Shown here: positions 23,937 through 34,217 of the stretch, piece after piece | How the letters are laid out: every line of letters begins with the position of its first letter | Position numbering within the stretch: the stretch's first letter is position 1 | Assembly (NCBI GenBank): GCA_964057225.1 | Contig: OZ059898.1 | Span: 7,874,001-7,938,000, forward strand | From: Auanema rhodensis | Taxonomy: Eukaryota; Animalia; Nematoda | DNA length: 64,000 bases | Direction of reading: 5' to 3' | Notes under the pieces: model-generated | Seen by the model: the letters and a program-made list of their open reading frames with translations, nothing else | Database searches by the model: none | Told to the model about the DNA's origin: nothing | Translations under genes and position numbers: made by a program

Positions 23937-25987
23937 TGTCACGGTCGACGTGAAAGAATATGTAAGTTTCATACTGATTTTCACTCATTCTTACTTTGTT
24001 TTGCAAAAACATTCTCCTCCCCTTGATCGATCTGGTGCCTCCCTATAAAAGGGAGAACCAGATGGTTAAAACTCATGTCTCACCAATTTTTGAATTGATT
24101 TTAGGATTTTCTAGGAAGATCTAAAATCAATCTACTTGCTATTTTCACTTTACTGTTTGTTGTATTTCGTTGAATAAACCGTTCTTCATTAAAAAAAAAT
24201 ATATATAATAAATAAATAAATAAACAAATAAATAAATAAATAAATAAAAAACAATAAGCTTACCGGGCCTTCCCGTATGCGATGAGTGTCCTGCGCCTTA
24301 CATCGATCGCATAATTCATATGGACCGAGCTCGTCTTCTCCCATCTGATACTGTATTTGTGACATCTGCAACAACTACAACTATAAAAAAAAAAAAATTT
24401 TTTTTGAATCTAAAGAAAACAATAGAAAGATTCAAGGGGGTAGCTCGCGCCTTGCGCACCGTTGCCTTTTATTATATCAGGTATCAATTCTTTCGTTCAT
24501 TGGAAATGTTCAAGACTTTAACACCAAGCGGTAAATATCATGTTGTTCAGAAAGACATAGGATCCAATCCAATGCAGTTTGTAAATAGCGGGTTCTACTC
24601 CGTCCATTGTTGCTGCCCGGTAGTAAACACTGCAGATGTTTTTAGACGCAATAACTATGTCGCTCAGGCTACTATGATTGTAAATAACTCTTTTGATAAC
24701 AATAAAGTGTATCATTGTAAAAAAATATTATCTATGGATCCTAATTATATCTGTTCCCAACTTTCACAATATTGTAAAATAAAAGCTCCATTTGTATCTT
24801 TTCTACATTCTGTGTATGATCTTTCTCCAGCTGACATTGTTCAGACTTTAGATAACTGTGAAGCCATTAGAGCCGTGGGCGTCATTTTGTTCGATCCAGT
24901 CGTCCTTATAAAAAAATCCGGCATATTGCCTGAAATCGACGCGTCGTTTTCACGATATAAACAATTTGGCATCGAATATATTAGATTCTCCTTTGACAAC
25001 GACGTTCAACTCTGCTACACTCATCGATGGGATACTTACATTTTCATTATCAAGGCAATTGTTCTTACATCTACCACTTCCTTATACAGCTATGCTGTAG
25101 CCGAATTATTACAAATTTTACAAATACTTCAGTTGCGGACGATCATTATGACCGAACCTACTTCGGTCAGAATGAACGATAACTTCCTATCAATCATCGA
25201 TGATTTGAAGCTTTCAAATATGGAGCAGCTTCCAAGCGAACCGCTAAAACTGAAGCATATTATTATTCTTGAAGAAAAGAGTCGTCTTCGTGCGTCCAAC
25301 ATTGAAGCTGCTCTGGAGCAACTAAACGCAAAGATTGATCAACTCTATTTGCAATCGCAGCTTCTCCTCAACAATACCAACAATCTAGCCAACCTAAAGA
25401 ACCCTAACTCATGCGTATTCTGTGAATCAACTCCTGCCGATGGCCATCGCTCGTTCAACTGTCCAGTATATCCAACTGCCCACCACAGATCACTTAGATG
25501 TAACCATCTAAGAATCTGTGTGAAATGCTTGGCCCCCGCGCACATGGACGACTGCAACATAACCTGCAGTCGCTGTCAAGGAACAGATCATCATTCTGCT
25601 CTCTGCTCAGCAAACAAAAAAAGAAGACTTTAAGCGCGGACTGTCACGGTCGACGTGAAAGAATATGTAAGTTTCATACTGATTTTCACTCATTCTTACT
25701 TTGTTTTGCAAAAACATTCTCCTCCCCTTGATCGATCTGGTGCCTCCCTATAAAAGGGAGAACCAGATGGTTAAAACTCATGTCTCACCAATTTTTGAAT
25801 TGATTTTAGGATTTTCTAGGAAGATCTAAAATCAATCTACTTGCTATTTTCACTTTACTGTTTGTTGTATTTCGTTGAATAAACCGTTCTTCATTCTACT
25901 TGTTTTAACGCATAACACAGCACTCATACGAACCGACTCCATACTTGAACTGATACTTGGAGGTAATAGTCCAGTTGTCAAGCGACA
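23937..25987 (+). mobile_element. Non-autonomous family C element C2 carrying an RNA-virus fragment, inserted in a 5S gene
   Basis: 5' LTR 23937-~24190 (3'-truncated), 3' LTR 25642-25987, TGTCACG...GCGACA. TSD GGCCC (23932-23936 / 25988-25992). Split 5S halves at 23881-23936 and 25988-26055. Confidence 0.92.
24320..25633 (+). CDS. Chimeric ORF: 5'-truncated viral methyltransferase (~24441-25111) fused to family C zinc-knuckle protein
   Basis: ARALR..KDIGSN..VHCCCP..ADVFRR..LHSVYD..YTH followed in frame by MTEPTS...KKRRL. Confidence 0.8.
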   Translation: MDRARLLPSDTVFVTSATTTTIKKKKFFLNLKKTIERFKGVARALRTVAFYYIRYQFFRSLEMFKTLTPSGKYHVVQKDIGSNPMQFVNSGFYSVHCCCPVVNTADVFRRNNYVAQATMIVNNSFDNNKVYHCKKILSMDPNYICSQLSQYCKIKAPFVSFLHSVYDLSPADIVQTLDNCEAIRAVGVILFDPVVLIKKSGILPEIDASFSRYKQFGIEYIRFSFDNDVQLCYTHRWDTYIFIIKAIVLTSTTSLYSYAVAELLQILQILQLRTIIMTEPTSVRMNDNFLSIIDDLKLSNMEQLPSEPLKLKHIIILEEKSRLRASNIEAALEQLNAKIDQLYLQSQLLLNNTNNLANLKNPNSCVFCESTPADGHRSFNCPVYPTAHHRSLRCNHLRICVKCLAPAHMDDCNITCSRCQGTDHHSALCSANKKRRL

Positions 25988-26436
25988 GGCCCAACGTTGC
26001 TTGACTTGCCAGATCGGACGGGATGGCGTACTTTCAACGTGGTATGGTCGTAAACGATGCTATTCCTCTATTAGTGTATCTAGTACCTACCACCATGCTA
26101 CGGCTGTGCAACAGCTCTTATCATTCATCAGTCGATAACTGATTCCTTGTAGCTCCAGTAACACCGTGGTATATGAGGTTCTGTAGATATGCTCGTACAT
26201 CGGGGTCGTTAAGAATGTCAAAGAAGTGAGAGTATCTCTGAGACAACTTCTCAGAGAAAGATGGTCGAGATGTTCACAGAAGCTTTCTGTTCCGAGGCTG
26301 ACCACAACTCCTCAACTCCTCAATAACTTTGCCTTGCTATGACGACAAAGATCATTCAAATTTAATTAGGAAAAACAAAAAACTTACGACACCCGGGATT
26401 CCCAAGCCGTCTCCGATCTAAGTACTAACCGGGCCC

Positions 26437-28405
26437 TGTCGCTTGACAACTGGACTTTTACCTCCAAGTATCAGTCCAAGTATGGAGTCGGTTCGTATGA
26501 ATGCTGTGTTATGCGTTAAAACAAGTAAAATGAAGAACGGTTTATTCAACGAAATACAACAAAACAGTAAAGTGAGAATAGCAAGTAGATTGATTTTAGA
26601 ACTTCCTAGAAAATCCTAAAATCAATTCAAAAATTTGTGAGACATAAAAATTTTAACCATCTGGTTCTCCCTTTTATAGGGAGGCACCAGATGGTTCAAG
26701 GGGAGGAGAATGTTCTTGCAAAAACAAAGTAAAAATGAGTTACAGTATAAAATTTACATATTTTTTCACGTCGACCGTGACAGTCCGCGCCTAAAGTCTT
26801 CTTTTTTTGTTTGCTGAGCAGAGAGCAAAATGATGATCTGTTCCTTGACAGCGACTACAGGTTATGTTGCACTTGTCCATGTGTGCGGGGGCCAGGCATT
26901 TCACACAGATTCTTAGATGGTTACATCTGAGTGATCTGTGGTGGGCAGTTGAATATACTGGACAGTTGAACGAGCGATGGCCATCGGCAGGAGTTGATTC
27001 ACAGAATACGCATGAGTTAGGGTTCTTTAGGTTGGCTAGATTGTTGGTATTGTTGAGAAGAAGCTGCGATTGAAAATAGAGTTGGTCAATCTTTGCGTTT
27101 AGTTGCTCCAGAGCAGCTTCAATGTTGGAAGCACAAAGACGACTCTTTTCTTCAAGAATAATAATATGCTTCAGTTTTAGCGGTTCGCTTGGAAGCTGCT
27201 CCATATTTGAAAGCTTCAAATCATCGATGATTGATAGGAGGTTATCGTTCATTCTGACCGAAGTAGGTTCGGTCATAATGATCGTCCGCAACTGAAGTAT
27301 TTGTAAAATTTGTAATAATCCGGCTACAGCATAGCTGTATAAGGAAGTGGTAGATGTAAGAACAATTGCCTTGATAATGAAAATGTAAGTATCCCATCGA
27401 TGAGTGTAGCAGAGTTGAACGTCGTTGTCAAAGGAGAATCTAATATATTCGATGCCAAATTGTTTATATCGTGAAAACGACGCGTCGATTTCAGGCAATA
27501 TGCCGGATTTTTTTATAAGGACGACTGGATCGAACAAAATGACGCTCACGGCTCTAATGGCTTCACAGTTATCTAAAGTCTGAACAATGTCAGCTGGAGA
27601 AAGATCATACACAGAATGTAGAAAAGATACAAATGGAGCTTTTATTTTACAATATTGTGAAAGTTGGGAACAGATATAATTAGGATCCATAGATAATATT
27701 TTTTTACAATGATACACTTTATTGTTATCAAAGGAGTTATTTACAATCATAGTAGCCTGAGCGACATAGTTATTGCGTCTAAAAACATCTGCAGTGTTTA
27801 CTACCGGGCAGCAACAATGGACGGAGTAGAACCCGCTATTCACAAACTGCATTAGATTGGATCCTATGTCTTTCTGAACAACATGATATTTACCGCTTGG
27901 TGTTAAAGTCTTGAACATTTCCAATGAACGAAAGAATTGATACCTGATATAATAAAAGGCAACAGTGCGCAAGGCGCGAGCTAACGAATGTGGTCCGCCG
28001 TCAGTATTACTGGTTTCTATCCTAAAACACGAAAAGTTTTTTTGGATATCCTGTAATTGTTCATTAGTCAATATTTGTTGTAGCCTTATCAAGATTTTTC
28101 CCGATGAATCAAAATTAATTGATCTCATACGGTTATCTAAGACACTAGCCTTAATAGCAGCAGCTACACTACTATTAGGGTTGTTAAGGATAACGTTCTT
28201 TAAGACAGGGTCGAAGTTTTTATCGGCTGAAACAGACAAGAGAAAATCTCCCATACATTTATCATCTGTCGGAAATTTCTCACAACGATAACCAGCATCG
28301 TCCATAACAATTAAGTTATTAGACGAAGTGGAAGTGTAGTCCTTCATGTCCACTATGTGATACAATCAAGTATCACAAATCGTAGACGGAGTATCTACAC
28401 TTCAA
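26437..28405 (-). mobile_element. Family C element C3 (3' LTR 26437-26782 plus viral cargo), 5' end lost at array inversion junction
   Basis: LTR end abuts the 5S GGGCC site (3' half-gene 26381-26436); ORF ends 8 bp before the LTR. Confidence 0.88.
26791..28347 (-). CDS. Alphavirus-superfamily (tobamo/virga-like) methyltransferase-guanylyltransferase fused to zinc-knuckle protein (~518 aa); endogenous viral element
   Basis: LTNEQ..F..FRIETSNT..GPHSLARALR, KDIGSN, VHCCCP, DVFR, FLHSVYD, FSFDND..LCYTH parallel the TMV replicase N-terminal motifs (HSLAGGLR, DIGGN, VHCCMP, DIMR, ALHSIYD, FSF..YCH) in order. Confidence 0.88.
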   Translation of the reverse strand: MKDYTSTSSNNLIVMDDAGYRCEKFPTDDKCMGDFLLSVSADKNFDPVLKNVILNNPNSSVAAAIKASVLDNRMRSINFDSSGKILIRLQQILTNEQLQDIQKNFSCFRIETSNTDGGPHSLARALRTVAFYYIRYQFFRSLEMFKTLTPSGKYHVVQKDIGSNLMQFVNSGFYSVHCCCPVVNTADVFRRNNYVAQATMIVNNSFDNNKVYHCKKILSMDPNYICSQLSQYCKIKAPFVSFLHSVYDLSPADIVQTLDNCEAIRAVSVILFDPVVLIKKSGILPEIDASFSRYKQFGIEYIRFSFDNDVQLCYTHRWDTYIFIIKAIVLTSTTSLYSYAVAGLLQILQILQLRTIIMTEPTSVRMNDNLLSIIDDLKLSNMEQLPSEPLKLKHIIILEEKSRLCASNIEAALEQLNAKIDQLYFQSQLLLNNTNNLANLKNPNSCVFCESTPADGHRSFNCPVYSTAHHRSLRCNHLRICVKCLAPAHMDKCNITCSRCQGTDHHFALCSANKKRRL

Positions 28406-28409
28406 TATA

Positions 28410-28458
28410 AGGCATGTTCCATACGTGTCTTATAAAGAAGGCGGTTGACAACGTCAAT
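28410..28458 (+). mobile_element. Diverged fragment of Gypsy family B LTR 5' end with upstream AGGCA
   Basis: AGGCATGTTCCATACGTGTC..TATAA....TTGACAACGTCAAT matches 40781-40829. Confidence 0.8.
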
Positions 28459-28462
28459 ATTG

Positions 28463-28530
28463 TTATATTGTTGAAAAACAACTTACATTTCTTCAGAACA
28501 ACTCAGAGGTTTTTCTGTACGATTGCCTGC
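28463..28530 (-). repeat. 68-bp copy of the neighbouring RTK gene (56172-56239)
   Basis: TTATATTGTTGAAAAACAACTTACATTTCTTCAGAAC...GATTGCCTGC, one visible mismatch; spans an exon-intron boundary. Confidence 0.9.
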
Positions 28531-29026
28531 AAGTCAAGCAACGTTGGGCCCGGTTAGTACTAGGATCGGAGACGGCTTGGGAATCCCGGGTGCCGTAAGC
28601 TTTTTGTTTTTCCTAATTAAATTTGAATTTAACATTCCTTTTTTGACTTTGATGCATGCTGATCTTTGTCGTCATAGCAAGGCAAAGTTATTGAGGAGTT
28701 GAGGAGTTGTGGTCAGCCTCGGAACAGAAAGCTTCTGTGAACATCTCGACCATCTTTCTCTGAGAAGTTGTCTCAGAGATACTCTCGCTTCTTTGACATT
28801 CTTAACGACCCCGATGTACGAGGATATCTATAGAACCTCATATACCACGGTGTTACTGGAGGTGCAAGGAATCAGTTATCGACTGATGAACGATAAGAGC
28901 TGTTGCACAGCCGTAGCATGGTGGTAGGTACTGGATACACTAATAAAGGAATGGCATCGCTTACGACCATACCACGTTGAAAGTACGCCATCCCGTCCGA
29001 TCTGGCAAGTCAAGCAACGTTGGGCC
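28529..29026 (+). repeat. First plus-strand 5S unit (5'-truncated gene 28529-28601; 5' half-gene 28959-29026)
   Basis: 5S sequence resumes at +47 in the opposite orientation to the left arm. Confidence 0.92.
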
Positions 29027-29370
29027 TGTCGCTTGACAACTGGACTATTACCTCCAAGTATCAGTCCAAGTATGGAGTTGGTTCGTATGAGTGCGGTATT
29101 ATGCGTTAAGACAAGTAAAATGAAGAAAGGTTTATTCAACAAATGCAACAACAGTAAAGTGAATTACAGCAAGTGGATTGATTTTAGAATTTCCTAGAAA
29201 ATCCTAAAATCAATACAAAATTGGTGAGACATAAAATTTTAACCATTTGGTTCTCCCTTTTATAGGGAGGCACCAGATGGTTAAAGGGGGTGGAGTTAAT
29301 CCAAAAAATACAAATAAAACGTTACCGCAATAAAGTACGTATTTTCACGTTGACCGTGACATTCCCGGCA

Positions 29371-29832
29371 TTACGTATATCTTTTACGTTTGACGTCTCC
29401 ACAGACCACTCCATGGTGAGTATCGGCCTTGCACTTATAGCAGGATATTTCGCACATTGCTGAATGTTTTGGGTTTAAACATTTTATGCATAGCCCCAAT
29501 TCGTGTAAGCGTATGGTACGCTCTGGGGAGGAGGGGTAAATCGGACAAGCAGCTGTACGATGGCCATCAGCTGTAGGCTTGTTGCAGAATATGCAGGAGG
29601 CTTTAGGAGCCGTCTGAACAGCTAAATTATCGAGCTTTAGATTCAGTGTGCTGTTGATGTTGTCCAGACGCGCGGAAATGTGGTTGACAGCGCTGGCGAG
29701 GTTATCATAAAACCTTTTCTCTAGAACCATTAGCTGCCTTAGGTTGGCAGTGGTGTTGGGTAGATGAGAATATTTTTTGAGATCTTCCTCAAAGGAAGTG
29801 TTCTCACTTGAATTGGACGTTATTTCATCCAT
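29371..29832 (-). CDS. Divergent paralogue of family C accessory zinc-knuckle protein
   Basis: ATTCAG acceptor then MDEITS...CIFCNKPTADGHRTAAC..CIKCLNPKHSAMC..CYKCKADTHHGVVC..KRKRYT. Confidence 0.75.
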   Translation of the reverse strand: MDEITSNSSENTSFEEDLKKYSHLPNTTANLRQLMVLEKRFYDNLASAVNHISARLDNINSTLNLKLDNLAVQTAPKASCIFCNKPTADGHRTAACPIYPSSPERTIRLHELGLCIKCLNPKHSAMCEISCYKCKADTHHGVVCGDVKRKRYT

Positions 29833-30280
29833 TAGCACTGAATTGAGAAAAACAATGGTTTCCCTCTTTATATATTTGTTCGCATCTGTGGGTTGACCTA
29901 TGATAAACGTCCCATAGTTTATTGTAGAATAGTATGTGTTTACGGATACAATGTATAAAAAGCCTGTACAAAGGATTACTTCTTATGTATATTATTCGGA
30001 TAAATAAACTTGATGTTATCAAAGATTGAAGATCTTGATAAAAATATTTGTTTGTTTATAACTGTTGCATTTGTTTCTATATGTAGTGATTTTCTTTTGT
30101 TTATATTATTTTTATAACCTATTTTTGCTTTGTTTATATTTTTTACTACTGTACTACGTGTGATTAGTAATTTAATTTTTATTGTATTCGTGAAGTTTTT
30201 GTACTTCCCTCTTGAATTTTTCTATTGTTTTCTTTAGATTCAAAAAAAATTTTTTATTTTTATAGTTGTAATTGTTGCAG

Positions 30281-30613
30281 ATGTCACAATTACAGTATCT
30301 GGTTGAAGAGGAGATTGGAGAAGACGAGCTCGGTCCATATGAACTATGCGAACGATGCAAGGCGCAGGACACTCATCGCATACGGGAGGGCCCGGTAAGC
30401 TTATTATTTTTTATTTTATTTTATTTATTTATTTATTTATTTTTTTTTTTTTTTATCTCAGTATTGTTGCAGATGACAGACGATGAGCTTTATCCGGAGG
30501 ATGGAGTCGAGCCAACTCGGGAGCAGCTCATCTACATTTTCCAGAGGATGCCGTTGCCTCCCAACTGCAGATTCTGCAGGGCAAAGAACCCCCGCCACCA
30601 CGAACGTGAGGAG
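30281..30613 (+). CDS. Antisense spliced accessory gene (exons 30281-30394, 30473-30613), 3' exons lost
   Basis: Canonical TTGCAG/GTAAGC sites; 114- and 141-nt phase-0 exons, each with a CxxC..H motif. Confidence 0.7.
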
Positions 30614-30649
30614 GTAAGCTTATATATTTTAACTGTTAATGTAAGTATT

Positions 30650-33600
30650 GTTGTAGATGTAACATTATCAGCTAACATAATACCTAATAGTATGGCAATG
30701 AGTTCTAGTCTTGGGATAGTCAGATTTCCCTTTTTTGCAATTTTCGACTTTCCGCTTACAAGTTGGCTTATTTTACCATTGGTTTCAATGTATGTGCAGG
30801 CAGCAATGGCTAGTTTACTAGCATCAGTAAACACCCATAATATAGAGTCATTCAGGTTTTACTTTCTTTCAAGTCTCAATTCCTTTTCATTCCATAATTC
30901 ATTTATGGCTAAATTCCATTTATGTGTTATTTCTTTGGGTAATTCAACATCCCAACCCTTGAATTGATCACTTGATTCTCTTAATAATAACTTTAATGGT
31001 AAAATCAATGGGCTTGCCATACCTAATGGATCAAATATTGAATGTATTTGACTTAACATGTTCCTGTGCGTGTTGATTTAAAATTTCTTTAATTTAAGTA
31101 TAAGAACGAATAAATCTAATTTTGTATCATAATTTAAACCCAAAATTTTGGTAGTATTATGTGGGTATTTGTCTTCATTGTTCATATCTTCAGTAACTTT
31201 TGGATTGTTGCTCATAAATTCTCTTAAATTCATAGAAATGCCTTGTAAGATTTTCTTGGCTTTCTCGCATTTTATCTTAGCTTCTTCAACATTGTTTGCA
31301 TATAAAATTATATTGTCAACATATAAGGAATCGAGCAAGTGACTAGCGTAAGGGTCGGTATGATTATTGAGGTACCAAGCTAAGCTCATGCTTAATATAC
31401 CCGGGGACGCTGTTATACCAAATGGTAGCCGTTTGAATTGGTATGTCATGACGTTATATTTATTTACAGATTCATTTTCGTTTCTAATCCAGAAAAATTT
31501 ACAATATTTTCTGTGCTCTTCTTTAATACTTATTTGTAAAAATGCTGACTCAATGTCGCAGGTTATTATTATTGGACTTTTTCTACATTTTATTAATATA
31601 TCATGAATTTTGTGAATAAGTGTTTGGCCTGAATGCATAACTTGGTTCAACGATGGACTATTTTTTTGTTTTGCTGAAGCATCAAACACGATTCTTAAAG
31701 GTCGAGCTTTTTCTTTTCTCCACACTCCATGATGTGGTAAGAAAAATCCATCTTCGGCTGATTCATCAACAATTGGCTCGATAATTCCCTTTTGAATGTA
31801 TTCATTTATTAATTTTTTATACCATTCTAGTTGTTCTCTATTAGAGTGTAGATTTTTCCATAATGTCATAAATCTATGAAAGGCTGGCCATTTATTATTT
31901 TTCAATTTATTCAAATAATTTTTAAATGGAAACGGAGCTTCAATTCTCCCGGCTTTAATAGATAGTTCTTTACCATATTCTTCAAGATAATTCGCTGCTT
32001 CTGCATTGTTATCTACTATGGTGCTTATTCCAATAGTATCGATAAGGAAAAGCTCTTTCAGTTTTGTTTCTGGAGGTGGTTCATGACTTTGTTCCTCTTC
32101 AATGCTACATAGAGTTACAATTTTTTCAAGTTTAGTTTCTCCATTTATAAGAGTTCCAAATACAGATCCCTTACATAAAAGATCAGAGGGAAGTCTGAAT
32201 TCTTCATTGTCTTTTACAAACAATTTTAATCTATCTTGTCCAATTAAAACATCCGGTTCGAAAACTTCCCGATTTGTATCGGTATTGGCTAATATAATAT
32301 TGTTTTCTTTAATGAAACCTAAATCCTTTCTTGAAAGACAAGGACTATATATGTGGGAACTGATTTTTGGCTTAGTGAGCATTTCAGTTACAATTAAATT
32401 TTTCTCTTTAGTATAGAATATTGTGTTAACTATACTTGAAACATGAGAATGTTTCATTCCTCCAATACCATGAAATGTTTTTCTTTGTTTGGATTTAACT
32501 GGTAGTTTCATCCTTTTTGCTAGATCTTCTCTGATAAAAGATCGTTGAGAACAATCATCAAAAATAATGTTAACCTTTTCATAGCTATCGCTATTGTAAT
32601 TGAATTTTAAATTAATTTTAAATTTGCTTTTGCTGTTCGTAAAATTATTTGTCTTTTTTCTACGTCATGATTACCAACAATTGTGGTTAAACTTGTGGGT
32701 TCTTCATGTGCTGTTTTGGGAATAATTGTTTGATTATTTCTGGTCTTTTCTTCATCATTACCCCTTTGTAAAGAAATGTTGGTGATGACTCCATTTCTAT
32801 TCTGATTTCTTTTATTTTGGTAACAAACTGAAATGTTGTGATTATCATGACAGCTGTTGCATTTAAACTTTGGCCATGTGCAGTTTTTGCTTTGATGATT
32901 GTCTGCAAAGCATACATAACATAGCCTTTTTTCTCTTAAAATTTTCCTTTTTTCCGTTGTTTCAACAGGACACATATGGCTATTGTGTGAATTGTTCGCG
33001 CAAAAAACGCAATTCCTTCTTTGTTTCAAATCTTTAACTTCATTCAATCGAAATTGTTTTTTAGTTTGATCACCATCTGGATTTTTACTTTTTTCATTGT
33101 TAGTGAGATACAGTGATTTAGTGTTTTCAGTCATCTGTAGTAGTTTTACTTGCGCCGAAATATGTTCAATGATTTTCTCGTGGGACCATTCAAAATTTTG
33201 TTTGATGTGAATATCTTTGATTATTTCAAATGGGAATTTATTGAGTACGGTAGCAACATAAAGCTCTTTGGTAAAAGATCCTCCCGCCGCTTGAATTTGT
33301 CGCAGCAGAGCTTTTATCTCTCTTAGCGTTTAAGCACAACTATCGGCTCGTCTTGAAGCTTTTGGCACCTTATTCAACTTGTTGATCAGCGTTGCTGTAT
33401 CAACAGCGTATGAGGAATATTCTTCCTTCAAACAATTTTTCATAAACTCATAGTTTTCTTCGGTACCAGGAATTCCCCTAAGAAGATATTCGGCTTCACC
33501 TGATAAGGACTCACATAGGAAATTCACTTTTTCACTTATAGAGAAAGATTCATTGTTATCAATCATTCTCATGAATCTATCCCAGAATAAAGGGAATTTT

Positions 33601-34217
33601 TCCGGAGTACCGTCAAAGGTTGGAGTTTTTAATACGGGTCTTTGCAGTATTTCGTTAATCAGTCTTACTTCATTAACATGCTGATCATGTACTACCTGAT
33701 CGGGTAAACTGTTTTGTTTTTCTTGTACCTCGTTTGTACAATTTTCATATTCTTCTTCTTCTGTATATTCAACTCTTTCCCGAAGTTGTTGTAATTCAAG
33801 TTGTATTTCCATATCTTTGATTTTTTCTTTGTTTTTATCAATGAGATTTTTTAAGAATATCAACTTGTCATTTAATTCCAGTATTATTAAGTGGCATTGC
33901 CACGGATGTCTCCTTTTTCACCTTCTTCGATTTTTGTAAATTTTTTTGTTTAATTCTTTTTGGAGCTATTCTTCTAAAAGCTCACAAACTCTTTGAAAAT
34001 TAATTTCAATGGTTTCAATTGATTGGAGTTTATTCTCCAAAATATTCAAGTAATTTTTAACTCTTGCACATTCATTCTCTTGCGCAATTATTTGATTTAC
34101 CGGCTCAGACAATTCCGAATCGGTCATTTTCTTATAGTTTTCAACTTTAGAATTCAGTTTATTTAAAAATTCTAATTCTCTCCCCATTTGGAGAATATAT
34201 CTTTGAGCGGAGGACAT
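30650..34217 (-). pseudogene. C4 gag-pol remnant (Gag, zinc knuckles, protease, RT, RNase H)
   Basis: PTFDGTPEKFPLFW, CVFC..H....C, LRIVFDAS, CDIESAFLQI, RLPFG, LYVDNI, FTDAS; several stops and frameshifts. Confidence 0.92.

Noticed and set aside
30272-30967. 231-aa continuous ORF
   Set aside because: Read-through of a stop-free intron and then antisense RNase H sequence across a deletion junction; the real unit is the spliced exons.
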